DNA of 64,000 nucleotides. Source: a virus. Below the pieces are notes generated by a model that saw nothing but the letters and a program-made list of their open reading frames with translations, ran no database searches and was not told where the DNA came from. The position numbers and the translations under genes are program-made. This document shows, piece by piece, positions 9,915 through 22,000 of the stretch; positions within the stretch are counted from its first letter, which is position 1, and each line of letters opens with the position of its first letter. The stretch spans positions 1 to 64,000 of IMG/VR virus record IMGVR_UViG_3300048839_001082, one strand, 5' to 3'.

Positions 9915-10394
9915 ATGGCATTAGTCAAAGGCACTAACTCTTATGGTACAGTTGCCGAGGCTGATGCCTACTTCTCTGATCGCATCGACGTAGCCGCTTG
10001 GACGGATGCGAGTGCGGAGGAGAAAGCTAAAGCTTTAGTAACAGCCACGAAGCTATTGGATGAGATTGAATGGCCAGGTCAAGCGGTTGATGTTGATCAA
10101 TCTTTGGCCTTTCCTCGTATTGGTTCATACTTTGATCCTAAACTCGGTGTTGAAGTGATTTTTGATGATGTAGACCCGCCACAAAGACTTACATCAGCTT
10201 GCTTTGAATTAGCTTATCATCTTTGTAATAATGATGGATTGCTAGATGATACAGGCTCGGTAAAGACGATTCACGTTGGTTCTATTACTCTGGAAAATAT
10301 TATGTCGGCCGGTAAGATGCCACATACAGTGAAGAGTTTGATTCGTCCTATTCGTGGTCAATCTGCTCAGAATAGTTGGTGGAGAGCTAACTAA
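9915..10394 (+). CDS. head-tail adaptor/connector (DnaT-like family)
   Basis: NSY.TVAEADAYF, KAL..AT..LD and Q.LAFPR motifs. Confidence 0.75.
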   Translation: MALVKGTNSYGTVAEADAYFSDRIDVAAWTDASAEEKAKALVTATKLLDEIEWPGQAVDVDQSLAFPRIGSYFDPKLGVEVIFDDVDPPQRLTSACFELAYHLCNNDGLLDDTGSVKTIHVGSITLENIMSAGKMPHTVKSLIRPIRGQSAQNSWWRAN

Positions 10395-10747
10395 TGTCTT
10401 ATAAAAATCTTATTAACAAAAATGTTGTCAAAGCATTTAATACGTTGAAAGATTTGGCAGAAGATGTAACACTTCAGAAGACGACAGTGGGCGAATTTGA
10501 TTTTGCCACCAAAGAGCTTGATCTGGCCCAGGAAAGTAGCACTGGTGCTAAGGTGGTGTTTCTAACTGAGTCAAAGAAATCATCTTCGAGGGACACGATT
10601 GAACGTGAAGTATTGATTAAATTTCCTGATATTGTTGATTTAACTCGATATGATACATTAACTCATAATTCAAAGGTGTGGCGAATCGGTGAAATCATTT
10701 TCAATAATGGTTTTATTTACACACTTAAAATATATAGTGGTGTATAA
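10394..10747 (+). CDS. putative head-closure protein
   Basis: Synteny, 117 aa, beta-rich, translationally coupled. Confidence 0.55.
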   Translation: MSYKNLINKNVVKAFNTLKDLAEDVTLQKTTVGEFDFATKELDLAQESSTGAKVVFLTESKKSSSRDTIEREVLIKFPDIVDLTRYDTLTHNSKVWRIGEIIFNNGFIYTLKIYSGV

Positions 10748-11154
10748 TGAGTAAATATCAAACAACATATGACGACGTTTATTCGATTTTTGCTTCTTCT
10801 GAATGGACCGCTGAAGGTATTAAAACAATTCCTGCGGATGTTTTACTTAAAGAAAACATTACCGAGTTTATTCGAGTTAGTGTGATTCCAAGCGGAGAGA
10901 GTGTCAACAATGCTTCCATCTCAGGTCTTATCATAGTTGAAATTTTTACACAGGCGAATCGCGGCCCATTACGTGCCATTATAATAGCTGATAAATTAGA
11001 CAGTTATTTATCAAAACGTTCTGAAGTTTCTGTAGCTGGACGAATGACACAATTCTTCTCCAGTTCATTAACAGACAATAAACCAGATCGCGACAATCCT
11101 GATTTAGTTAAAAGCACGTTTTCGGTTCCCTTTTCTCATTTCGGAGTTTTATAA
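10747..11154 (+). CDS. putative tail terminator protein
   Basis: G.IIVEIFT...G....A..L pattern; directly upstream of the tail tube gene. Confidence 0.6.
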   Translation: MSKYQTTYDDVYSIFASSEWTAEGIKTIPADVLLKENITEFIRVSVIPSGESVNNASISGLIIVEIFTQANRGPLRAIIIADKLDSYLSKRSEVSVAGRMTQFFSSSLTDNKPDRDNPDLVKSTFSVPFSHFGVL

Positions 11155-11742
11155 ATGGCACATATTTCCTCTATCGGCGCCGGCATGTTCTCGGATCTTT
11201 CCGTGGCTAAGCCTAGCGTTGCGCCGACTTTTAGTACGCTTGACTCAGCTTCTGAATTTAAGGCATTGTTCGCTACCATGATTGAGTCAGTTGGCGGTAC
11301 TGCAGCGGCCAATACGTATGTTCGTATTAAGAATGTTCGTGAATTTCCCGCGATGGGTACTCCACCTAATGTGGTGAACGTTCCTGTGTATGGCTCTTCG
11401 ACGTCGCAGCAAATTCAGGGTCAATCTGATGCGCCTTCGATGGAAATCACTATGAACTACGTTGCCACCGAATGGGCGGACGGCACTCTGCTCGGCAATA
11501 TGGTTGGTGATGGTAATCAGTATGTGTTCCGATTCTCATTATTGAACGCAAAGCCTAGTAATTATAATTCCACAGATGCCACAGGCATGGCTAATGGAAA
11601 TATTGAAAATAGTCAATATTTCTGGATTGGTAAGCTTGAAGCCCTCACAGTTTCGCCGCAACTCACCGATGCGAATACTGCGACTATCACAATTACTGTG
11701 CAGTCAGAGTTCTTTGGTGCTTACACCAGCACTCCTGTTTAA
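11155..11742 (+). CDS. major tail (tube) protein
   Basis: I.NVREFPAMG.P.NVVNVP.YG...QIQGQ.DAP.MEIT tail-tube pattern; synteny. Confidence 0.75.
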   Translation: MAHISSIGAGMFSDLSVAKPSVAPTFSTLDSASEFKALFATMIESVGGTAAANTYVRIKNVREFPAMGTPPNVVNVPVYGSSTSQQIQGQSDAPSMEITMNYVATEWADGTLLGNMVGDGNQYVFRFSLLNAKPSNYNSTDATGMANGNIENSQYFWIGKLEALTVSPQLTDANTATITITVQSEFFGAYTSTPV

Positions 11743-11816
11743 TTAGAGTTTTGGGGAGGGCTCGCTGTGTAGCGGTATCCTTAAACGACAAGTATTGTGT
11801 CCCCATTCTTAACAAT

Positions 11817-12041
11817 ATGAACGATATCCATAAGCCGTTTAGTACTGAGTACGTAATTCGTACCACTATTAAACATATGAGGAAATGTGTAGATATTAGT
11901 ATTCGAAAAACTTTTGAACGTATTGGAGAGTTTGCCGAACATCCTGAAATTTCGAAAGAGATTTTTGTGACGTTATCTAATCTACACCAAATGAGGAAGC
12001 AATTAGATGTCTTCCAAAATAATAATCCCGAAAATAAATAA
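11817..12041 (+). CDS. hypothetical protein, about 74 aa
   Basis: ATG at 11817 preferred over TTG at 11751, whose region looks like a hairpin. Confidence 0.55.
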   Translation: MNDIHKPFSTEYVIRTTIKHMRKCVDISIRKTFERIGEFAEHPEISKEIFVTLSNLHQMRKQLDVFQNNNPENK

Positions 12042-12051
12042 GGAACATAAT

Positions 12052-12366
12052 ATGGCAGTCGAAGTCGGTGGTATCAGAAATTTTGTTGGTCGTAAAATGA
12101 CTAAGAAAACAAAATTTATGGGCGAAGATATCACAATCTCTAAGCTGAGTGTAGCAGAAGTTCTTGAAGTTCAAGCGAAGGCCCGTGGAATTGAACAGAA
12201 TGAAGCAGAAGGTTTTAATGTTTTAAAGACGGTAATTCGTTCCGGTGTTGAGGGCGGTAAAGATCTTTCGGAAGAAGATTTTGAAAACTTTCCTCTTGAC
12301 GAGCTTTCAAAGCTTTCCGGTGAAATTATGAAGTTTTCTGGAATCGGGCAAGAACAGGGAAAGTAA
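12052..12366 (+). CDS. tail assembly chaperone (gpG-like)
   Basis: AAGGA RBS before ATG 12052; ends in the GGGAAAG slippery site; upstream of the tape measure. Confidence 0.75.
   Translation: MAVEVGGIRNFVGRKMTKKTKFMGEDITISKLSVAEVLEVQAKARGIEQNEAEGFNVLKTVIRSGVEGGKDLSEEDFENFPLDELSKLSGEIMKFSGIGQEQGK
12357..12363 (+). promoter_or_regulatory. -1 programmed ribosomal frameshift site GGGAAAG
   Basis: Same heptamer as lambda G/GT; the -1 frame is open (GKVILSDEELSIYEIAFHLKMPVY...) into the 12417..12704 ORF. Confidence 0.85.
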
Positions 12367-12704
12367 TATTATCAGATGAGGAGCTTTCTATTTATGAGAT
12401 AGCTTTTCATCTGAAGATGCCTGTCTATCGATTACTTGAAGAAATGACATATGAAGAGCTGATTGGTTGGTTTTCATATTTATCCAGAAGACCGATTGAT
12501 TGGCGCGATGATGAACGTACATATAGATTAATGCAAGCTCAAGGCGTAAAAGAAAAACCTGAAAATATCTTTCAAACACTAAAAGCTGTATATCAAACGG
12601 CACCTATAGTTGAAAGTCAGATTAATAGGTCTTTTAAAAATTCTGTTATGTTTCGTAAGTTATTATCAGCTACTGGTGGTGTTAAGTTGGATTCCACTTT
12701 ATGA
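12357..12704 (+). CDS. tail assembly chaperone frameshift extension (gpT-like part of G-T)
   Basis: Open -1 frame from the slippery site; MT..EL.GW..Y motif typical of gpT-like segments. Confidence 0.75.
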   Translation, partial: GKVILSDEELSIYEIAFHLKMPVYRLLEEMTYEELIGWFSYLSRRPIDWRDDERTYRLMQAQGVKEKPENIFQTLKAVYQTAPIVESQINRSFKNSVMFRKLLSATGGVKLDSTL

Positions 12705-13009
12705 TAAAAATAACGGGTATTAAGAAAACTATTCAAGAAATTGAAAGAAAAGCTGCAACTATTGTTCAACAAAAGAAGAAAGATATAACATTGCAATTGG
12801 TTGAAAAACTTGCCGAGGCTACACCAGTAGATACCGGAGAAGCACAAGCAGGTTGGAAATTAGAAAGTTCTTCTATTGTCAATGATGTTGAACACATAAA
12901 ATTCTTGAACGAAGGCTCCTCTCAACAAGCACCATCACATTTCGTGGAAAAAGTTGTTTTATCACAACCGGGCATCCGCCCTAGTGGTATTATAGTGGTA
13001 GATAATTAA
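12701..13009 (+). CDS. HK97 gp10-like tail completion protein
   Basis: TPVDTG.A..GW and N.V.HI..LN.GSS.QAP..FVE motifs. Confidence 0.8.
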   Translation: MIKITGIKKTIQEIERKAATIVQQKKKDITLQLVEKLAEATPVDTGEAQAGWKLESSSIVNDVEHIKFLNEGSSQQAPSHFVEKVVLSQPGIRPSGIIVVDN

Positions 13010-13013
13010 CCAT

Positions 13014-13055
13014 CCCGCTAGAGTAGATTTTATCTGCTTTAGCGGGTTTATTTTT
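13014..13055 (+). terminator. hairpin/terminator before the tape measure gene
   Basis: CCCGCTAGAGTAGAT-TTT-ATCTGCTTTAGCGGG followed by TTATTTTT. Confidence 0.5.
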
Positions 13056-13068
13056 GAATTGGAGTGAT

Positions 13069-16000
13069 ATGTCTGGCATTCGAATAGACGTAGATGCAAA
13101 GACTTCACAATCGGAGAAGGATCTTAAAAGGATTAATGAGTCTTTACGAAATATTGAAAAGACCACAAATAGTGCATCTAGAGCCCTTTCAAATACATTT
13201 AAGGGAATAAGCACCACAATAATCTCCGGCGGAGCTTTTTTAGCGCTGAAGAATATATCTTCAGAATTCACAAATTTAAGTAATAAAATTGCGCTTGTTA
13301 CAGGCAGAACTGAGAGTTTAATAGTCTCTCAAAGAAAACTCTATCAGATTGCAGAAGACACTCGTTCTTCACTCACTGGTACAGTGGACGTATTTTCAAG
13401 TTTTGGGAGATCTCTAAAGAGTACCGGGATCTCTACTGAAAATATTTTAAAAACTACTAAGACAGTACAACAAGCAATTGCATTATCAGGTTCAAATGCA
13501 GTTGCAGCTTCAAATGCGATTATTCAATTGGGGCAAGGTCTTTCCGCGGGTGCTTTGCGCGGTGAAGAATTGAACTCAGTTATGGAGCAAGCGCCACGTC
13601 TTGCTCAAGCTATCGCTGATGAATTAGGCGTTACAACAGGTAAAATGCGTTTGTTGGCTGCGGAAGGCAAACTGGCCACTGATGTTGTTTTCACCGCATT
13701 GTTGAAACAAGCTGCGCAAATTAATAAAGAATTTAAGGTACTTGCGCCTACGATGGAGCAGTCTACGAGTTTCTTAGTAAGCTCGATGAAGTTTTACGTA
13801 AATGAATTGGATAAAGGTTTAAACCTTTCCGCTTTCCTGTCCGCTAAAATGTTTGAAGTGGGAAAGGGTATAAAGGCAGCTTCTAACAATGCTCTTGAGT
13901 TAGGTGCTAATCTTGCAGCAAGTTACCACACTGTCTTAAAGAATATCAGAGCTATCGGCGGTCCTTTATTAGTGTCTTTGTCAGAGCTTGGTAAACAATT
14001 CGCGAATGTCATTCCGAAGTTGCATTTAACAAAGACTTTGAAAGGTGATATTAATGAAGCAATTCGCATATTTGATGATAAACTATTAGGTGGATTCATT
14101 AATAGCTTTAAGAAATTTAAATTTGTAAATGTATTCAGTATTCGAAGTGATGTTGAAAAGGCAATTACAGAGCTTAAACGACTGAGTCCGAAGTATTGGG
14201 CGGCGAGCGGCTGGGATATCCCTACATTTAAGAAATTCTTTAGTAAGGAGAACTTAAGCAAATACCAAGTCGCCTTTGGAAACCTTGCGAAAGCGATTAC
14301 CGGGAATACTAATTCAATAAGTTCAACAATTACCAATTTAGCAAAGACCGCAGACTATGGTTTTAAAGCGCTTTCAAGATACTTTGGATTTAGACCCGAT
14401 ACTCTAATTGCATTTACTGGTGGACAAATAGATACATTCTTAATGACGTTGTCTGAAGTGACCAGAGGCTTTTCAGGAATAACTGTAAAGATTTGGGAAT
14501 TTAATCGTCTAGTTATCGATAACTTTTTACCAGGTGTACATGCACTTGGTTTAGCTTTAGCAGATGTTTTTAAAGAATTACCAAATATTATTTGGAAAGC
14601 ATTAAAGAGTGTTACAATTGGATTTGTTTCTTTTATTAGAAACTTTACTCAAGTCTTGAAGGAATTGGTATTCACTGATTTTGAAGTTAATTTTAAGCAA
14701 ATCTTTGAAAGTGCTTTAGATGCTTTTAATAATTTTGTTGATGATCTTTCCGATAAAGATATATTTGAAAACATTTACAAAAATATAAAGAGCTTTGGAA
14801 TACGAGTTATAAATGTCTTTAAAGATATTTATGACAAAGTTATTGGAAACTCTTGGTGGACAGATACTATTGAAGCCATAATCGATACTAGTCATTCTTT
14901 ATGGGATAAAGCAAGTTCAGGGCTTAACGATTTCGGACGAAATACTATTAATCTATTTAAAGATATTTTTAATCAAAATAGACGATTGAAGTTTAGCATT
15001 CCTTCATTTAAACTGACATTTGATAAATTTCCCAGAATAGAGATAAATAGTATAACAGACGCTTTTGAAAGTGCTTCAATTAGGGTAAAACAATTCTTTA
15101 GTGATCTTTTTGATAGTTTTCCTTCTATTGCTAAAATGGCGTTTGTTGCCGCTGCGGGTGTTCTTGTATTTGCATTATTTCCACCTGGCATCATAAAGAC
15201 TGCGCTTTTAGCCGCTATTGTCACTAGTCTTGCCACAAGTGCGACAGTGATTGGAGAAGCATTTGGTGCATCATTGACTGGTGGCAGCTTTGTTTATGAT
15301 ATGGGTTATAAGCTAGGTAAAGTGGCTGGTTTGTTTGTGGCTACTGTTATAAGAGAATTTCCTAAGGTTGTAAATGTTTTTGGTGGAGCCATTTCAGCTT
15401 TCTTTCGAGGGATTATAGAAGAACTCCCTATATTGAACACCGCTATTAAAGGTGTTTTTAGTGTTTTTGACACGGTTGGTTTAGCAGGACCTCTGGGAAT
15501 ATTTGGAACTATCTTCTTTGGTAAGAAGCTTGGATTCTTCGATGCTTTGAAAAAAGTCTCTGTAGTCGGCCCTGCCTTAAAGTTCTTTGGACTGATTGAA
15601 ACGAAGAAAGGTAAGAAAGACAAGAGCGGCGATAAAGATGGCTCAATATGGACATCTTTATTTGGAACATTCGGTGCTGTACGAACAGTTTCTGCACTTA
15701 CTTTAATAACGAGCCAATTAGGCGGTTTTGATTCCATTTTCGCTGAATCTAAATGGATGAAGGCTGCATTAGATGTTGGTTTGTTATACTTGTCTTTGTT
15801 CGGTGATAAAGGTCTTGATAACTTGCAAGCAATCCTCTTCAAAACAGTCATTAAGCCCGTTAGAGAAATGTTTAGAACATTAAAAGGTGACTCTTTTATT
15901 GCAAATGGTATTTTTGATGTAATTTTCGGAGATAAAGGCGGCTGGATCGAACGTGCCAGCAGTTTTATGAAAGGTGTTTTTACCGCTATTGGTGAAAATG

Positions 16001-19000
16001 TTGCAAATATTGCTGCACCGCGAATTAAACAAGGTTATGAATTTCTTAAGATATTGTTATTAGGAAAAGATCCTTCAAAGACTATTGAAAGTATAAAGAA
16101 TGTGGCAAGATTGGCCATGTTTAATGTGCAAGATACAATTGCCAAGATCGGATCTGTCTTTAAGTTTTCTGGCCCTTTGATGCCGCGCGGTGCTAGTAAA
16201 TACGCTGCTCAATATCAAGACCTGATGTCTCAGACATTCGGGAAAACGGCTGCTGTCTTGGAAGCAGAAACAAAAAGAACTGCTGAAAAGATCACAAAGA
16301 TAGGTGGTGAGACTGGATTGATGGGCCGTGCGTTTCTCGGCAAACACGGTACAAAAATACTCGTTGGAAGCATTTTGGCAGCATTTGCAGCAATGGCAAT
16401 TGCCAGTCAAGATGCTGAAGCTAAAATAAGAACTCCATTAGACGATACTATCGACATTCTAAGAGATTTGAAAGTTCCAAATCCTTTTAAAGAATTTGCA
16501 TTAGAAACTACAGCTGTTATTCTTCCGTTACTATTTGGTGCACTTGTTTTATTTAGACAAAATGTCACTAATCTATTTAACAAATGGAGCGGAGCACTTG
16601 TTGCGGAAAGTGCCGCTAAAGGGATTTTAGGAAGAATTGCAAACTCTTCACTTGCATTCAAGAGAGTTGGTGCAACAATTGGTGCTGCTGTAGTGGCTGG
16701 CTTTGTTGGTTATGGATTATCAGATGGCAATGCAATGATGGCATTATATGCCGCAGATGCTGCTGGTACTTTAGCCTTTGTGTTTAAAGATCAATTAGCA
16801 AAATTATTCACTGTAAGCGCCTTTGCCAAGATTATTGCAATGATAGGAGGATTGATATCTTTCTTATTGAATCCTTGGGTTTGGATACCGGCAGCTGCAT
16901 TGACGGCAGGTGGTCTTTTAGGAATCTGGTTATTTGGTAAAGAAGGTGAATTCTTTAATGATCTTGATAAAGCAAAAGACAAAATACTTCAATTAATAAG
17001 TTTTGGGTATTTGGGAAAGCAACCTGAACTTGGGCCACGAAGTCTCAGCAAAAATTCAGAACAATTTTTAACGAAGCAAAATATTGATTTAGGCTTTGAT
17101 CTCGATGACATTAACTTTGAGAAAGTATCTTCTAAGGATAGAGAGCTTCTTAACGAGAGTATTAGAAATCTTGAAACTGCTATCGTTGACGCTATTAAAG
17201 AAGATAAGCAAGAAGGACGTATTGACTTTCCTACATATGACCGTATTAAAGCGATGGATAGAAAGATCGCTAATATGGCAACAAATTTGCGCATTAGCTC
17301 CAGTCAGAATGATGTTCCATTCTCGGAAGTCTTAAAGCAAAGCGCATACATACAACCAGAAGGCAGACTTGGTTTAAAGCTTAGTGAGTTGAAGAAATTC
17401 GGTGCTGAGCTTGCGTATAGTATCAATGTCGGTCTAACAAAGTTTTCAAGGTACGGTGCAAAACCTGAAGACAAACTAAGATACACTGAGCGTCTTGATG
17501 AGCTTAAAGCAGAACAAAATCGCAGATACAATCCTAATTTCCGCTTCAGAACAGACGCTGCCACCAAAGAACTTTTAGATCTCGCTAAGAATGCTGAAGA
17601 CTCTGTAGTATTCACTAATGAAGCAATAGAAACTGCTTTAGGTGAAGCTCGTATAAAATTAGAAAGAATTGATGCATTAGTGCGTGAGCAAGAAACTACC
17701 ATGTTTGGTAGTTATAAACCTTTAGAAATGACCGGAAGACAAGGCGAGTACAATCAGACTTTATTGAATGGTTTTAACAGTGCCAGAGATGAAGCACTGC
17801 AACGCGTCAGAGAAAAGTTAGCTTTCGATAGAGAAGAAAAGGCTATAAGAAAATTTAATAAACAGCTTAATGAAGTCGAAACCGTTGCTAAGAATATATT
17901 AAAGCTTGAGTTTGATGTTGAGGATATATTTGCATTTGATCAACACAGCTTCAACAATATGGTCAGAATAACGACTGAAGTTGATGCATTGGGCAAGGCA
18001 CTTATTAAGACATCAGATATTGCCAGTAGAAATGCAATAATTTTAAAGATTAAAGAACAACGTGATCAATTTGTATATGAGCAATCTGAAGCAAGACTTG
18101 CGGAACCTGTTTATAATCAATCCAGATTGCCTGAGTTCATGTCGGAAGCAGGCATGCAAATGTCACCCGAATTTGCGAATTCACTCAGTGACTTTAATGC
18201 AGGAATTATTGCAAAGATAGCTACAGACTTATCAAATAAAATAAAGAAAAGCAAGTTAAAAGTTCCGGGCAGTCCGGAGTATACAGTTCTTGCGGAAGAA
18301 ATTAGAGCTGACCAAGACGCGAATGCAAGGTTCATTGCTGATTTGGCTAAATCCAATCAAGAGACCTTTTTCTATGTAAAAGATCTTGCGGGTAAATATG
18401 AAGTAGACTTCCCTGGGCTAATGAAGAAATACGGACTTTCCGGGGCAAAGACTTTATTATCGAAATTGGCGGATAAAGAACAAGCACGTAGTGATGCCAT
18501 TGCCAAGGGTGATATAGGTATTCTACCTGGAATTGATAACGATATTGCCAGATTTAAAGAAACACTTGCTGAAATTCCTTTGGATGTGCAAACAATGCTT
18601 TCGACGATTGGAAATGTCGGCGTTTCGATTGACATCAATGATTTGTTTAATGCGCCTGAGCTTTTAGCAACACTTACAGAAGTTGCTAATAGACTAAGAG
18701 AAATTGATAAAGATTTTAAATTTAAAGGACCGACCCTTACTTCCGAAGGCCTTGATTCAATATTGATTCGTCAACAAGCTCAACAGAGAGCGGCTTTTGC
18801 GTCTTCTTTAAAGACGATTGACAATACACCTCAAAAATTGGGGACTTTGCTTTCAAATTACGGAGCGGATACTTCTAAAGATATTTCGGCATTAACAGAA
18901 AGCACTCGTAATTATATTGTGGAACTTGAGCGTGTTAAAACCACTATTGAATTTTTGAGAAAGTCTAGACAAAGCCCTGCAGATACCGAAGCACTTTTTC

Positions 19001-22000
19001 AGATGGACACACTATTTAATCGATTGACAGAAAGCTTTAAAAATCGTTTAAAGAAAGTGGGCGAAGTATTCGGTGAAGTGAATTCTACACTTAATTTAGA
19101 ACTTACGGAATCGCAATTCTTTGGATTTTCTAAAGCTGCTCGTAAAACATTATCAGATTACGCTAACTATTTTGCCAGAGGAATTGAGGCTATTAGAGAC
19201 TCATTTGATGGCAAAGACATGTTCGGTACAAGTGCTGAAGACTTCTATAAGAAATATAAAGCTGTTTTAAAGAAGTTAGAATTCATTAAAGTGGTGGAAA
19301 CATCGCTGGAATCTATTTCTGATGTCGTGACCGACGGTCTGGGTGCACAGTTTTCCAAGTTAAGCTCAGCCATGGGCGATCTTCAAATTGATAAGTCAAG
19401 CTTCGCCACATTGCCTTCAGAACTTCGTGAAAGTTCGACTAAGAGTGCTCTCGCCGTTAATGCATTATCTGGTTTGAATGATTTATCAGGTTTATCTGAA
19501 GAGCAACGTGCTTTGATAAATACATTGTCACCGGATGGCTCTAATGCAGAATCTATTTTAAATCAAATTGTTGAAGAATTACGTCGTTCCAATTTGACAG
19601 AATTGGATCCTCAGATAGCTGAATTTTTGAAGAGTCAGTCTGAATTCCCGCGATCACAATTAGACGCCACCAATAACTTATCGTCCGCAATATGGACATT
19701 AAAAGATACTATTGATGCATTGATTTTGAAATTTCCGATGGCAGTTCCGAAGTTTGCTTCAGGTGGTTCAATTAAAGGTCCCGGAAGCGGTATTTCAGAT
19801 TCTATACCGGCATGGCTTTCCAATGGTGAGTTTGTCGTAAATGCCAAGCAAACCAAAAAGCATCGCGGTCTTGTCGAAGCAATAAATAAAGATAGACTTC
19901 CTAGATTTGCTGATGGTGGGTACTTCGGGAATCCCCTTCACATGATCGATAGTCTTGACGATACGATTAATGTGGATGAATTGCTGAAAGTCTATCCTAA
20001 GTTTCAAGATATTCTAAATTTAAAAGAAAATACTTCTGCTGAATTGGTTAAGAGATTTGGAAATAATTTAGATCTTAATAATTTGAATCCAAAAGCGTTT
20101 CTTGAGTTTCGAAAGATTTCAGACAGTTACGCAGAATCTCTTGCGAATTTGTTAAATTTGGATTTAAATTTAACTGATGATCTAGACGTTTTTAGATTTG
20201 AACCTGATTTAAAATTAGGTTCGGAGCAAGTCAGAAAGTCATTTATAAATTTACCTGAACTTGGTGCAAAATACGCTGACTTTCCAAACAAGACCGCAGC
20301 GGAAGCAATCAGATACCATGAGTTTGGGCATGCAATTGCATTTAAATCTCGCAATCTTCCAATAGATCTCGGGCCTGATGTCGACCCTGGTTTAACAGCC
20401 GCAATGTTTAGAAGAGTAAAGGTTCCAATAACGGAATCTGGAAATCTTGTATTAAAAGATTTTCTCGGAACTCCCTTATCTTCGATAAGCATGGAAGATG
20501 CAATTAAACAATTTAATTTGCCGGATGCGCTATTAGAAAGGTATAAGAAGACTTCTCCTATTTTATTTGATGAAGTGGAAGCTTGGCGAATAGGTGATTT
20601 GATATCTCCTTTAAAATTGAATACAAAACCTTTCGAAAGAGCAGCTTTAGGGACATATTCAAATCCCGGACTTACTCAAACATTTGTTAGAATGCAATAT
20701 GCGGATGAATTGAAATCATTATCTTTTAAAGAAACTCCGACACATTCTGCGTTGGTATTAAAAGAAGCGACAGCAGCATTATCAAACCCCCTGGATGTAG
20801 ACGCTTATCTTGCTAGAGTGAATGCTTTTCCAGACTTTGCAACGCTTAAAGAGAATACGCCAGATGCGCTTCAAAAAGATCTTTTAATTTATAAAAGAAT
20901 GTTTGATGAAAAGGCTAGCCAAACATTAATGGGAAAAGCTACGCTTCCCCAGAAAGCTAAAGCTTTTGCAGAACTTTCCAAGAGTGTTCTAAAGAATGCT
21001 GCAAAGAATAGTATTGCTCTCATAAAGAATCCTAATTTTGTTCCCAGTTTGATCGGTGGTGTTGCCGTTGAAGAACTATTAAGGAGAACGCTACCTATTG
21101 AAGACCATTTCATAGGTCTTGCAGACCAAATGGAAGGAACCTTACCGATAGAAATGAGAGGTGTGATAGCAGCATACGGCGCATTTGCGCAATCGTTGTT
21201 AGGACTCGTGGTAGGAAACTTAGTCGGTGATAAAATTTTTGGTGCTAAGAGACTCTTTAAAGTGTTTTCCAAAAATACATTTGCGAATGGAGGCTCAGTA
21301 AAAGGCCCCGGTGGCCCTGTTGAAGACAAAATTCCTGCATTTCTCTCCAATGGTGAATTTGTCGTAAACGCGGCCAGTACAAAGAAGCACAGAGCTCTTC
21401 TGGAACGTATCAATTCAGCTAAAGGTTACAAGCTCGGCGGTCCTGTCGGTGACAATCAAGATGTGATTGAACGCGCCCTTAGAGGGATTCAATATGGACA
21501 AATTGACGCTCTTCAAGGTGTCAGAAAGTTGAGAGCGCAAGCTTCTATACTCGATATCAATTTGAATCCATTGCAATTTGAAGTGCTCGATCAAAAGAAA
21601 CGTGAAGAATTTAGAAGTCTTTTAGAAAATGCTTTCCGAGCAAGAATCGAAGCTTTAGATGCAAAGACTCCTGAACTTGCGGCTGCCGCTCACAGAGCTT
21701 TAACGAATGTCGATGAATTCATGGATAAATACATGACACGATTCGCTGATCCTGCAAAAGAAGCTGGAGCTAATTTTGCCAGAGATTCAGAAGAAAACTT
21801 CCAATCGGGCTTAGCTGATTTACTCAAGGGGAATACCGCAGAAGGTAAGTCAATTGGTAAGACATTTGCTGATAATTTTCTTGATCAATTCACGAATAGC
21901 GTTATAAATACATTCGCTAAGGGAATTACTGATCAACTTTTTGGAAAAGATTCGCCTATAACAGAAGTGTTAAAAGAAGCGGGAACAGGCATTTTTGGTG

